A stretch of 64,000 nucleotides of DNA, taken from Nitrospiraceae bacterium (GTDB lineage: Bacteria; Nitrospirota; Nitrospiria; Nitrospirales; Nitrospiraceae). Below the pieces are notes generated by a model that was not told where the DNA came from, searched no databases, and was given only the letters and a program-made list of their open reading frames with translations. Every line of letters starts with the position of its first letter. Position 1 is the first letter of the stretch. This document shows, in pieces, positions 9,716 through 19,029 of the stretch. Location: positions 160,001-224,000 of the forward strand of contig JBFWWG010000004.1 in NCBI GenBank assembly GCA_050246315.1, read 5' to 3'. Both the position numbers and the translations under genes were made by a program.

Positions 9716-10804
9716 TCAGGTGGGCGTCCCGACCCGCACGCCTCTGGCGCGGTAAACCATTGCCAGAATTTCCGCCACTGCGCGATAGAGATCGGCCGGG
9801 ATCTCGCCGCCGATTCTCACCAGCTTGTACAGACTGCGAGCGACAACCGGCTGTTCCACGATCATGATGCCGTTCTCCCGCGCCACCTCTCTGATCCGTT
9901 CCGCAAGCAACTCCGCCCCTTTCGCCACCACCACGGGCGCCTTCATCGCCTGGTGGTCATACCGCAGCGCCACCGCGATATGCGTCGGATTCGTCACCAC
10001 GACATCCGCCGTGGGCACAGCCGCCATCATCCGTTGTCGAGCCATCTGACGTTGGAGCGTTTTGACTCGCGAGCGGACCAACGGATCGCCTTCCGATTCG
10101 CGCGTCTCCTCCTTGACTTCCTGGCGTGTCATTCGCAGATTACGGTTCCATTCGAAGCGCTGATAGCCGTAATCCACGGCCGCCAGCACCGTCAGCGCAA
10201 GCCCGACCCAGAGGGAGACACTCAACAACAGCCACCCCGTGGCTCCCAGCAGATGATCGACGCCCCGTTGCACCCACAGCGGCAACGACTCCAGATCGGT
10301 ACGGATCGCGAGATATCCGGCGACCGCGACCACCACGACCTTAAGGCCCGCCTTGATCAACTCCACGATCGCGCGTAGCGAACATAACCGCTGCCATCCC
10401 GCAATCGGGCTGATCCGGCTGAGGTCGAGGCTGAACGCATCATGTTTCCAAAGCAGGCCGGTCTGGGCCATCGTCGCCCCTGTAGCCATGACGAGCACGC
10501 AAGCCAGCACCGGCAAGAGGAGGATCAAGGAATCCGTCCCCATTTTCAGCATCGCAGCCTGAAGCATGTCGGCGGTGGCGGCGGACCATGAGCGCGGATT
10601 GGCTGCCATCGCCCACCATTCGCGCAGAATGCGGATCAGCGCCTGAATAGTCGCTTCCGAAGTCAGAGACAGCACGCCCAAGGCCGCCATGAGCACCAGG
10701 GCCATCGAGAGATCCCGGCTGAACGGGACCTGCCCCTTGCGTCGGGCCTCGGCTTTGCGCCGCGCACTTGCCGGTTCCGTTCTTGCGCCCGCCTGTTCAG
10801 CCAT
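9716..10804 (-). CDS. flhB: Flagellar export switch protein FlhB
   Basis: NPTH autocleavage motif, EGDPLVR, APVVVAKG. Confidence 0.97.
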   Translation of the reverse strand: MAEQAGARTEPASARRKAEARRKGQVPFSRDLSMALVLMAALGVLSLTSEATIQALIRILREWWAMAANPRSWSAATADMLQAAMLKMGTDSLILLLPVLACVLVMATGATMAQTGLLWKHDAFSLDLSRISPIAGWQRLCSLRAIVELIKAGLKVVVVAVAGYLAIRTDLESLPLWVQRGVDHLLGATGWLLLSVSLWVGLALTVLAAVDYGYQRFEWNRNLRMTRQEVKEETRESEGDPLVRSRVKTLQRQMARQRMMAAVPTADVVVTNPTHIAVALRYDHQAMKAPVVVAKGAELLAERIREVARENGIMIVEQPVVARSLYKLVRIGGEIPADLYRAVAEILAMVYRARGVRVGTPT

Positions 10805-11579
10805 GCCCCATCGTCCTCATCAGGTCGAGGATGCCTTCGTGCAGCTTCAGGAATTCCTCTTCACAGAGGCTTGCGACCGCCGGCAGGGCCAGACCAAACA
10901 CGAACAGTCCGCAGAGGATCGTCAATGGGAAACTGAGCACGAACACGTTCAGTTGCGGCACGGTCCGTCCCAACAGGGCCAGCACCAAGTTGACCACCAA
11001 TGTCACCACCAGCACCGGCGCCGCCAGTTTGAGGGCAACGAGAAACCCTCCTTGGAAGAGCCGCATGACCTCGTCGCCCAGCGTGTCCGACAGACTCGCA
11101 CCGAACGGAGGAATCAGCCGGAAGCTCTCGCCGATCGCGTGGACGATCAGCACGTGCGCGTTCAGGGACAGAAATATCAGCGAGGCCAGCACCGTATTCA
11201 ACTGCCCCATGAGGGGGACCGTGTGAGAGGTGACGGGGTCAAAGAGCTGGACGATGCTGAATCCCATCTGGCTGCCGATCAGTTCTCCGGCCACTTCGAA
11301 ACTCGCAAAGAGGCTCCTAACGGCCAGGCCGATCACGAGACCGACTAGAAACTCTGCAATCAGACCGAGCAGGAACAGCGCCGTATCGGCAGGCCAGGTG
11401 GCCGGGCCGACGAAGGGCACCACCACCAACGCCAACGCGGTTGCCAACCCCGTCTTGAGCTGCATCGGCAATGATCGGCTGCCGAGCATCGGCATCGCCG
11501 CCAGGATCGCTCCGATACGGATCAGAACGACGACAAAGGTTTGAAAGTGCGGCAGCCCGAGCTGAATCGTCTGGGTCAT
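10797..11579 (-). CDS. fliR: Flagellar export protein FliR
   Basis: Hydrophobic; AGELIGSQMGFS, GRTVPQLNVF. Confidence 0.95.
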   Translation of the reverse strand: MTQTIQLGLPHFQTFVVVLIRIGAILAAMPMLGSRSLPMQLKTGLATALALVVVPFVGPATWPADTALFLLGLIAEFLVGLVIGLAVRSLFASFEVAGELIGSQMGFSIVQLFDPVTSHTVPLMGQLNTVLASLIFLSLNAHVLIVHAIGESFRLIPPFGASLSDTLGDEVMRLFQGGFLVALKLAAPVLVVTLVVNLVLALLGRTVPQLNVFVLSFPLTILCGLFVFGLALPAVASLCEEEFLKLHEGILDLMRTMGHG

Positions 11580-11591
11580 CGAGGGAGGGTC

Positions 11592-11861
11592 CTAGCGTGC
11601 ATATTGCGGGATCGTGATGAGCAGTTGCATCATGAACCCGGTCAGGACTTGGATCATCCAGGGGAAGAACAGCATCGTCGCGAGAAAGACACCGAGGATC
11701 TTCGGCACAAATGAAAGCGTGGCTTCGTTGATCTGCGTCAGGGCCTGAAAGAGGCTCACCAACAACCCGATCGCGAGACTCATGCCCAACATGGGTGCCG
11801 CCACCAGTAGCGTCGTCTCCACAGCTCTGCGGCCGATCTCCACCACCATGTCCGGCGTCAT
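11592..11861 (-). CDS. fliQ: Flagellar export protein FliQ
   Basis: GLLVSLFQALTQINEATLSFVPKI; start MTPDMVV. Confidence 0.96.
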   Translation of the reverse strand: MTPDMVVEIGRRAVETTLLVAAPMLGMSLAIGLLVSLFQALTQINEATLSFVPKILGVFLATMLFFPWMIQVLTGFMMQLLITIPQYAR

Positions 11862-11900
11862 CGCTCCGTGCTCCTTTGCCTCACCGCGTCCATCGCTGCC

Positions 11901-11994
11901 CGTCATTCGTCACACGTCAAGCGTCATTCGCATGAAACGCTGCCGACCGTCTCCCCTGCGTTTCGGTTGTTGTAGGACCCTTGACGATTGACAG
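11901..11994. repeat. Heptamer repeat array (CGTCAnn) in the fliP-fliQ spacer
   Basis: CGTCATT-CGTCACA-CGTCAAG-CGTCATT (11901-11928) plus inverted TTGACGATTGACAG (11981-11994). Confidence 0.6.
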
Positions 11995-12002
11995 CTCCAT
12001 CG

Positions 12003-12818
12003 CTACTGGAAACTCTTCACCATCGAGCCGACCACGAGGTACCAGCCGTCGGCCAGCACAAATAGAATCAACTTGAACGGTAGCGAAATCATGACCGGCG
12101 GCAACAGCATCATGCCCATCGACATCAAGACGCTCGCGACGACCATGTCGATGATGAGGAACGGGATATAGATCAAGAACCCGATCTGAAAGGAAATCCG
12201 AAGCTCGCTGAGCATGAAGGCCGGGAGGACCACTTGCATCGGCAACTCCGCCGAGGAGGACACGCGCGGCAATTTCGCCAGGTCGATGAACAGCTCGAGG
12301 TCCTTCTCTCGCACCTGGTTCAACATGAAGGTTCGGAGGGGGGCGGAGGCTTTGGTCCAGGCTTCCTCATAGCCGATCCGTTCGGCCATCAGCGGCTGCA
12401 CGGCATCCTCATAGACCGCCTTGCCTACCGGAGCCATAACGAACGAGGTGAGGAAGAGGGCCAGGCTGATGAGAACTTGATTCGGCGGCACCTGCTGGGT
12501 CCCCATGGCCTGTCGGAGGAAGGACAGGACGATCACAATGCGGGTGAACGACGTGGCCATGATGAACAGCGCGGGGACCAGCGACAGGATGGTCAGAAGG
12601 GCGAGGATCTGCAGTACCACGGCGATCTGGCTTTGTCCGCTTCGACCGAGATCGATGGTCAACGAAGGACCGTCTCCCGCCAGAGCAGAGGTCGATAGGC
12701 ACAGACCCACCAGCAACAGAACCGTGGTCGGCAGAGCCCTTTGACCGAACCGACCGAGCCGGGGAAAGCCCTCGGCTCCAAAATGACCATCCGCCGGCAG
12801 CCGGAGGGAGCGACTCAT
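12003..12818 (-). CDS. fliP: Flagellar export protein FliP
   Basis: TSFTRIVIVLSFLRQAMG.QQ.PPNQ, SMGMMLLPP..ISLPFK; ATGA overlap with the fliO stop. Confidence 0.97.
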   Translation of the reverse strand: MSRSLRLPADGHFGAEGFPRLGRFGQRALPTTVLLLVGLCLSTSALAGDGPSLTIDLGRSGQSQIAVVLQILALLTILSLVPALFIMATSFTRIVIVLSFLRQAMGTQQVPPNQVLISLALFLTSFVMAPVGKAVYEDAVQPLMAERIGYEEAWTKASAPLRTFMLNQVREKDLELFIDLAKLPRVSSSAELPMQVVLPAFMLSELRISFQIGFLIYIPFLIIDMVVASVLMSMGMMLLPPVMISLPFKLILFVLADGWYLVVGSMVKSFQ

Positions 12819-13153
12819 CTGTTCACCCTGGCATCGATCGTGACCGGCGATACAGCTTTGGCGGATGAAGCACCCGCTTCTGGTGCCCCCCCATGCGGCG
12901 GTCGCAAGGTGCCCAGGCACACCAGATTGGTGGCTGTAGTCCCGAGAATCAGTGTCTGATCCGCCACCGTCACCAGCATGATGCTCTTACGACCCCCAAG
13001 GTGTGCCGTCGCCAGCACCCGGATCGCAGGCGCGACCCCCGGCATCAAGGGTTTGCCCAACAGACGCCGGGCTCCCCACGCGACAGCCGCCATCAGACTC
13101 AAGACCACAGCCAGAGCGGTGATCATACGAATCAGGCTGTCGTAAAATTCCAC
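12815..13153 (-). CDS. fliO: Flagellar protein FliO
   Basis: GTG start; one TM helix then IRVL...LGGRKSIMLV.V....LILG; lies between fliN and fliP. Confidence 0.88.
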   Translation of the reverse strand: MEFYDSLIRMITALAVVLSLMAAVAWGARRLLGKPLMPGVAPAIRVLATAHLGGRKSIMLVTVADQTLILGTTATNLVCLGTLRPPHGGAPEAGASSAKAVSPVTIDARVNR

Positions 13154-13198
13154 CGCGTCGTCATCCGTGCTGGAAGGTTGGGTACGCTGTGATCGGTA

Positions 13199-13570
13199 TT
13201 ATCCGAGCTTTTGCACACGTTCGACCGGGCTGACCACGTCGGTCAGACGGACGCCGAACTTTTCGTTGACCACGACCACTTCGCCGCGGGCCACCAAGCG
13301 ATGATTCACGAGCACCTCCAACGGCTCGCCCGCCAGCTTGTCCAACTCCACAACGGACCCCTGCCCCAACTGGAGGAGTTCCCGAATCACCATGCGGGTC
13401 GTGCCCAACTGCACCGACACCTGCATGGGGATATCCAACAACACATCCAGATTCTTTGCCCCTGCCAGCGGTTTTGCCTCTTGCGGTGGAATCGTCGCCG
13501 GTTGCCCAGCCGCCTCCGCCCCTGCTCCCGCTCCACCCATCGTCGCCTGACTGGATTCACTTCCATTCAT
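13199..13570 (-). CDS. fliN: Motor switch protein FliN
   Basis: LLDIPMQVSVQLG, GSVVELDKLAGEP, GEVVVVNEKFGVR. Confidence 0.97.
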   Translation of the reverse strand: MNGSESSQATMGGAGAGAEAAGQPATIPPQEAKPLAGAKNLDVLLDIPMQVSVQLGTTRMVIRELLQLGQGSVVELDKLAGEPLEVLVNHRLVARGEVVVVNEKFGVRLTDVVSPVERVQKLG

Positions 13571-13595
13571 TCGCGCCTCCTCACCCCGCCGTCCT

Positions 13596-14564
13596 TCAGA
13601 TCGACTTGACGACCCGGTAGGCGTTGGCTCCCTTGACCACTCCCGCCGCGCCCAGCAGTTTCGGAATACCCTCGACGAATCCGGTCATCAAATCCCCCGG
13701 GCTTTGCTCCAGTAGGACGACGTCGCCTACCCCGAACTGCAAGACCTCCTTCATCGCCACCGAGGTGACGCCCAGTTGGATCGTCAACTCGACCGGACAA
13801 TCCAACAACTGTTCGCGGAATCGATTCATCCAGCTTTGATCCTCTTCCATCTGATCGGCAAAGAAGCCCGCCGACAGTTTTTCCTTGATCGGCTCGATCA
13901 TGGAATAGGGATACATCACCATGATCTTGTGTGAGATCCCCGCCAGATCGACATGGAACGAGACGGACACCACGATCTCCGGAATCGAGACGACCATCGC
14001 GAACTGGGGGTTGCTTTCGGAGCGGACGAAATGGACCTTGACTGGAAGAACGGCGTGCCACGCCTTTTCGAGGTCGGTGAGGAGCCGTTCGAGCATGGTC
14101 TTGATCACGCGCTGCTGAACCGGCGTAAAATCCCGTCCTTCCGTCTTCACGTGCGTCTGGCCGTGCCCACCGAACAAACTGTCGACCAGGGCATACACCA
14201 GCGGAGCGCCCATGATGACCAGGGCGTGGCCCCGAAGCGGCTTGAGTTGAAACAGGCTCAGCGACGCGGGCACCGGCAGCTTCTTCAGCATCTCCCCAAA
14301 CTTCATGATGTCGGTGGAGCCCATCGAGAATTCCACGGGACGCCTGAGCACGCCTGCCCATGACACGGTCTGCATTCGGCAAAATCGGTCGTTGATCATC
14401 TCGAACGTCGGCATCTTGCCGCGCACCATCCGCTCCTGCGCCGAGAGGTCCAACGTGCGAATGCCCCCGGTCTCTTCTTCCTTCGGTGTCGTGTCGACGT
14501 CCCCCGCGTCCATACCGCGGAGCAATGCATCAACTTCGTCCTGGCTCAGAATATTATCGGCCAT
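13596..14564 (-). CDS. fliM: Motor switch protein FliM
   Basis: ILSQDEVDALL CheY-binding peptide, FGG.G, EGRDFT, C-terminal SpoA domain. Confidence 0.97.
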   Translation of the reverse strand: MADNILSQDEVDALLRGMDAGDVDTTPKEEETGGIRTLDLSAQERMVRGKMPTFEMINDRFCRMQTVSWAGVLRRPVEFSMGSTDIMKFGEMLKKLPVPASLSLFQLKPLRGHALVIMGAPLVYALVDSLFGGHGQTHVKTEGRDFTPVQQRVIKTMLERLLTDLEKAWHAVLPVKVHFVRSESNPQFAMVVSIPEIVVSVSFHVDLAGISHKIMVMYPYSMIEPIKEKLSAGFFADQMEEDQSWMNRFREQLLDCPVELTIQLGVTSVAMKEVLQFGVGDVVLLEQSPGDLMTGFVEGIPKLLGAAGVVKGANAYRVVKSI

Positions 14565-14628
14565 CCGAAATCACCCCTGATCAAGCAGGCAGACAGGCCT
14601 CCCACGTGGCGCCCCCCACTACCTCGGC

Positions 14629-15174
14629 CTACTGGACGATGAAATCCGTAAAATAGACGCCGCGGATGCCGCCCTTCGGCAGGAGCGCGTTCACCCGTTG
14701 CAGTATCTCCTCGCGCAGTTGGAGCTTGCCCTGGGTGCTGCGCACCGTCGCGGCCTCCTTGCTGGACAACAACACCAGGATCGCGTCCCTCGTCTGCGGC
14801 AGCCGTTTGTTGAGTTCTTCGGTCACGTCGGATCGCTCTAACTCGACCTTGACGGTCACCTTGAGATAGTGAATCTCCGGCGTATCGGCCAGGTTGACGA
14901 TGAAGGGGTCCAAGTCATAAATCGCGCCGACTTGGGACGTCGCTCCTGCTTCAGCCTTCGACCCGGCATCCTGTCCTTCCTTGTCCGTGGTCGACCTCTC
15001 CGACGCCCGTTCCTCGCTTTTCACCGATGGACCGCCTCCCTTCATGAAGTGAAACAGTAAAGCCGCCACGCCGAGTCCCAACAGCAACATGCCCACTGCG
15101 ATCAAGATGACCATTTTCATCGGCAGCCCCGGCGCAAGCGCCGGCGCTTTGGCTTCTTCTGCAACTTCCGCCAT
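14629..15174 (-). CDS. fliL: Flagellar basal body-associated protein FliL
   Basis: Single TM helix; LDPFIVNLAD, RDAIL..LSSK, VYFTDFIVQ. Confidence 0.93.
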   Translation of the reverse strand: MAEVAEEAKAPALAPGLPMKMVILIAVGMLLLGLGVAALLFHFMKGGGPSVKSEERASERSTTDKEGQDAGSKAEAGATSQVGAIYDLDPFIVNLADTPEIHYLKVTVKVELERSDVTEELNKRLPQTRDAILVLLSSKEAATVRSTQGKLQLREEILQRVNALLPKGGIRGVYFTDFIVQ

Positions 15175-15211
15175 AACAGTCCCCTTGGTGAAGTGATCGG
15201 GCCCGTGGTTT

Positions 15212-15227
15212 TGCAATGGATATGCCA
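15212..15227 (-). promoter_or_regulatory. sigma54 promoter of the fliL...fliA operon
   Basis: Minus strand TGGCAT-ATCCA-TTGCA, 38 bp upstream of the fliL ATG. Confidence 0.82.
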
Positions 15228-15351
15228 TGTCAACCCGACTCACGGTGTGGCCGGCAGCCTGGCCAAATGCGCGTCCTGTTGGGGTTTGCGCCGATCAGCG
15301 CGATGAGGACTCGTCCAGTGACGGTCTGGCGGCCAGCCAGGAGCTTGACAT

Positions 15352-15367
15352 CGTCAGAATTCTGACG
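15352..15367. promoter_or_regulatory. Perfect 16-bp palindrome, putative FleQ-type enhancer
   Basis: CGTCAGAATTCTGACG (GTCA-N6-TGAC), ~125 bp upstream of the sigma54 site. Confidence 0.55.
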
Positions 15368-15410
15368 CCCGTCGAGGATAAGTGGAAAAGAGGAAGAACG
15401 GTGCATCAAA

Positions 15411-15481
15411 CGTCAATCGTCAATCGTGATGCGCCCGGACCGGCCACATCACGATTGACGAATGACGGATGACGAATGACG
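15411..15481. repeat. Heptamer-repeat hairpin directly after the flgE stop
   Basis: CGTCAATCGTCAATCGTGATG (15411-15431) pairs with CATCACGATTGACGAATGACG (15447-15467) at 20/21 positions; four nnTGACG heptamers run to 15481. Confidence 0.75.
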
Positions 15482-15484
15482 AGC

Positions 15485-16711
15485 TTACCGCTTCAGATTG
15501 ACGAGCTCCTGCAGCATCTCGTCGCTGGTGGTGATCGCCCGCGAGTTGGCCTGGAACGCCCGTTGCGTGATGATCATGTCGACGAATTCCTCACCCAGAT
15601 CGACGTTGGACTGCTCGATCGCGCCGGAAATGATCCGGCCCAGGCCGTTGCTGCCCGGGGAACCTTGGATGGCAGCGCCGGATTCCGCCGTCGTGGAGAA
15701 CACGTTGTTCCCCAGGCGCGCCAACCCCTGCGGGTTCGGGAATCGAGTTAACGCGAGTTGTGCCAGAAGTTGAGACTGCCCGTTGGTGTACTGAGCCAAG
15801 AGCTGTCCCTGGGAGTCGATCGAAAATTGCGACAAGGACCCGGCCGCATAGCCGTTTTGTGTCTGATCCAACAGAGAAGAGTTGGCGCCGTATTGCGTGA
15901 ACTGGGTGAAATTCACGGCCACACTCTGAGGAGTGGCTGCGCCGCCACCGATCGTGAGAGACAGGTTTTGCGTCCCTCCGGACGTCAGGGCTCCGGTCGA
16001 ATTAAAGACGAGATTCGTCCCGGCCGTCGCCGCACCGTTGTCCAGACGGGAGTAGAGGTTCCAGGTGTTGGCGGTCGCGGTTTTAACGAAATAGAACTGA
16101 AGCTGGTGGGATTGGCCGAGCGAATCATACATCGTCAAGCCGGTTGAGAAGTTATAGGTCGTGGGATCCGTCACATTAAAGGCGCCGGTCGGTACGGTCG
16201 CCGCCGCGTCCAGGTTGGCGCGAAGGCTCGCGGTCGTCGTGGCCTGTGGGGCGCGGTTGGTCGCGCTCATGGTGATACTGCCGATCGTGGCAGTAATCAC
16301 GCCGGCTGAATTCGCCTGGTAGCCCTGCAAGAGATAGTTGTTCGAATCGACGAGGCGGCCCTGATTGTCCACCTTGAACTGGCCGTTACGGGTGTACAGG
16401 TTCGTCCCGGCTGCATCCTGAACCATGTAGAACCCGTTTCCATCGATGGCAAGATCCAGCACGGAGCCTGTCGTCGTCAACGCTCCCTGAGAGAAGTTGC
16501 CCTGCACGTCGTTCAAGTAGACGCCCAGACCCACCTGATCCGCGCCCGATCCTCCGACCAGGCTGCTCGAGATCAGATCGGCGAACGAGGCACGGCTGCC
16601 CTTGAACCCGATTGTCCCGACATTGGCGATATTGTTGCCGATCACTCCCATCGCATTGCCGTACGCATTGAGCCCGCTCACCGCCGTAAACATCGACGTG
16701 AGAATTCCCAT
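15485..16711 (-). CDS. flgE: Flagellar hook protein FlgE
   Basis: VIGNNIANVGTIGFK, YTRNGQF, YDSLGQSH, EQSNVDLGEEF..MI..QRAFQAN. Confidence 0.97.
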   Translation of the reverse strand: MGILTSMFTAVSGLNAYGNAMGVIGNNIANVGTIGFKGSRASFADLISSSLVGGSGADQVGLGVYLNDVQGNFSQGALTTTGSVLDLAIDGNGFYMVQDAAGTNLYTRNGQFKVDNQGRLVDSNNYLLQGYQANSAGVITATIGSITMSATNRAPQATTTASLRANLDAAATVPTGAFNVTDPTTYNFSTGLTMYDSLGQSHQLQFYFVKTATANTWNLYSRLDNGAATAGTNLVFNSTGALTSGGTQNLSLTIGGGAATPQSVAVNFTQFTQYGANSSLLDQTQNGYAAGSLSQFSIDSQGQLLAQYTNGQSQLLAQLALTRFPNPQGLARLGNNVFSTTAESGAAIQGSPGSNGLGRIISGAIEQSNVDLGEEFVDMIITQRAFQANSRAITTSDEMLQELVNLKR

Positions 16712-16824
16712 GTGCTCCTCCTCGTAATGTTTCGCACGTTACGTCCTGGTCGAGATCAAATTACCGTTCATCACTGGTCAATGAACGTGGTTCTCTTCGG
16801 TGCTGAGTGCTTCGACTTCATGTA

Positions 16825-17169
16825 TCACGTCGTGATCGCGCCGTTCTCAGATGGTCGTACAACGGGCTCCTGCTGGGCCTCCTGGAGTTCGACCATTCGT
16901 TCCAGCAGCGTGACGACCTTGGTCAGTTGCTCGATCTGACTGAATTGGGCCGTCTGGACCATCATCTGTTCATTGTTGGTCGGGTTCAGTGGATCCTGAT
17001 TTTCAAGCTGCGCCACCAGCAACTTGAGAAAGTCGTCCTTTCCCAGTTGGGCCTGGCCCAAAATGGCCGAAGCCGCCTTATTCGTTGCGCTTCCGACCGA
17101 AGGCGCGCCCGGCGGAGTCGAATTACTCAGAGCCGCCTGAACGGCTTGCATCTCTGGTGAAAGTTCCAT
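16825..17169 (-). CDS. flgD: Hook capping protein FlgD (short form, N-terminal domain only)
   Basis: LGKDDFLKLLVAQLENQDPLNP....QTAQFSQIEQ; GGAGG RBS before ATG 17169. Confidence 0.9.
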   Translation of the reverse strand: MELSPEMQAVQAALSNSTPPGAPSVGSATNKAASAILGQAQLGKDDFLKLLVAQLENQDPLNPTNNEQMMVQTAQFSQIEQLTKVVTLLERMVELQEAQQEPVVRPSENGAITT

Positions 17170-17211
17170 CGTGTGTCCTCCCGTCACCGATCAGCCCGTG
17201 TCTCGATACTG

Positions 17212-18669
17212 CTAGATGAACAGATTCACATGCCGCGGTCCGCCTGGTTCGACGCTCTCGGGGATGGCCGCAACAACATCCGCCGAAGGCTCCTGTCCTT
17301 GCCGAACCGGCTGTGACCAGTTCGCCTCCCATCCGTATGACGAAGGTCCCTGGCCCTCCCGATCCACAAGAACGGAGAACTGGCCCATTTCCAATCCATG
17401 ATGGTGGAGCTGAGATTCCAATCGCGATTGATTCTTGAGCAGGAAGTCCTGAACTTCAGTGTGATCCGTCATGACCGTGGCATAGACCGTCTGCTCGACC
17501 AGCGAGACGTGCAGACGGACAGGCGGGCCGTCCGGAGACTGAAGTTCCAACCTCAAGGCCCGGGGAGCCGAGGGATCCCACATGGCTGCCGATTGCGGAG
17601 TTGGACGAACCGGCTCCAACAGAGGAGCGGCCGATCTGGTCTCGGAACCCTGGCCTGCGGATGGCGATTGGCCACCCAACGCAGTTCCTCCCTGACTCGG
17701 ATCTCCCTGAAAGCTCGATCCTGGACCGACAGGCTCTCCGTTCCCGCCCCATTGATCCTTCGCCGTCCTGGGGCTGGAAGCAGGATCACCGAGTGGTTTG
17801 ACCGACATTACCCATTCAGTTTGGTCACCTCCCAGGCCGACTGGGCTTGAAAGCACCTGCGGGTCGTCACCGATGGGCATCCCTCCTGCCTGCCGCCCGC
17901 CGTAGAGAAGGAACCGAGGTTCATGGGCGGCTGCGGCAGCCGACGGGAGATCTCCTTGCGGTCCCATCAACTGCGGTCCCGTAGGTCCGGCTGTCCCACT
18001 GAACGAGACAGCGGTTTCCCTGGGCGTCGCGGCGACGGCTAGCTGCCGGTCCAGTGAACGCATCACGGCCCCATCCGTTCGGGCCATTCCCGTTGCCGGT
18101 CCGGAGGCCATGTACATCTCGCGGACGTCCTCTCCAATCGTGGTGGAAGAGGCCGGGACCGCGTTCAAGGGCTTGTTTCCTAACGTCGTCTCCTGGTGAG
18201 AAATCGCCTGAGCCTGGTCCGTGCCCACCTCCTCTGTCATTTCTGCTCTACCGCCATTCTGTACCGACATCACTTGGACCTGCGACCCGATAGCCGGCAT
18301 CGTCTCCAGCAATGGTTCAATAGGAGAGGCTGCGGATGTCGCCTTCTCATCCACCGGCGTCGGAGCAGCCTGGTCTGCGGAATCCACACCCGCGAATCCA
18401 GTCAGAATATGATCAACGACCGCTTGCACCATCGCCGGCTCCTCCGATGGTTGGTCGTCCAACTGTGCTTCCTCCGCTTGAAGGCCGGCCGAAGACCCTT
18501 CGCCTGGCGCTTCGGGAACTGCCGGTCTACTGCCGGGCGCATCCTGAAGCATGCGGGAGAATGCTACGCCGTCCCCCGATGACGCTTCGGTCGCTCTGAG
18601 GGACGAACGTACCCCACTCTCGGCAGACGAGCCCACAGCCGCAGTTGGAACAAGGCTGATCTCACTCAT
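17212..18669 (-). CDS. fliK: Hook-length control protein FliK
   Basis: Long low-complexity N-terminus; C-terminal LRLELQSPDG.PVRLHV...L.....RLESQL...GLEMGQFSV; upstream of flgD. Confidence 0.85.
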   Translation of the reverse strand: MSEISLVPTAAVGSSAESGVRSSLRATEASSGDGVAFSRMLQDAPGSRPAVPEAPGEGSSAGLQAEEAQLDDQPSEEPAMVQAVVDHILTGFAGVDSADQAAPTPVDEKATSAASPIEPLLETMPAIGSQVQVMSVQNGGRAEMTEEVGTDQAQAISHQETTLGNKPLNAVPASSTTIGEDVREMYMASGPATGMARTDGAVMRSLDRQLAVAATPRETAVSFSGTAGPTGPQLMGPQGDLPSAAAAAHEPRFLLYGGRQAGGMPIGDDPQVLSSPVGLGGDQTEWVMSVKPLGDPASSPRTAKDQWGGNGEPVGPGSSFQGDPSQGGTALGGQSPSAGQGSETRSAAPLLEPVRPTPQSAAMWDPSAPRALRLELQSPDGPPVRLHVSLVEQTVYATVMTDHTEVQDFLLKNQSRLESQLHHHGLEMGQFSVLVDREGQGPSSYGWEANWSQPVRQGQEPSADVVAAIPESVEPGGPRHVNLFI

Positions 18670-18716
18670 GGTGCGTGGATCTCATCAAACTGATACGGCA
18701 ATCCGATCGGCACTAT

Positions 18717-18732
18717 CTCAAGTCCGATGCCA
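18717..18732 (-). promoter_or_regulatory. sigma54-like promoter of fliK-flgDE
   Basis: Minus strand TGGCAT-CGGAC-TTGAG (variant -12); boxes CGGCAATTCTTTCCT (18806) and GGGCAGTTTTCTCCT (18829) lie upstream. Confidence 0.6.
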
Positions 18733-18886
18733 TGCACGCTCCGATCACCGCCTCCCGCCAAATCAACGCCTTCTGCCGAGTCACCCCATCCTCGTCCGGC
18801 AACCCCGGCAATTCTTTCCTCACAGGCGGGGCAGTTTTCTCCTCCCGCGAGGCAGAGATGAACCGCTGTTAATCGGCATCAACCGG

Positions 18887-18914
18887 TCAAGTCCGCCATC
18901 CAAGCTGCCGATAG
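18887..18914 (+). promoter_or_regulatory. sigma28-like promoter ahead of the chemotaxis remnant
   Basis: TCAAG-N15-GCCGATAG; same spacing as the motif at 38191-38218. Confidence 0.5.
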
Positions 18915-18971
18915 TGCGGTGATCACGAGGCCCAAGCGGTGTCGATCCGTCGCGTCTTGCCGCTGGCGGCA

Positions 18972-18987
18972 CGGCCTGTGTCTTGCT
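18972..18987 (+). promoter_or_regulatory. Possible sigma54 promoter ahead of cheY
   Basis: CGGCCT-GTGTC-TTGCT (GG-N10-GC), 43 bp before the cheY ATG. Confidence 0.4.
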
Positions 18988-19029
18988 ATTTCGAATCGCT
19001 CCTCGGAAGGAACCAGAGGAGGAGCCCCT

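Noticed and set aside
15411..15481. Short repeats as a CRISPR array
   Set aside because: The units are 7 bp with no unique spacers, and there are no cas genes in the window.
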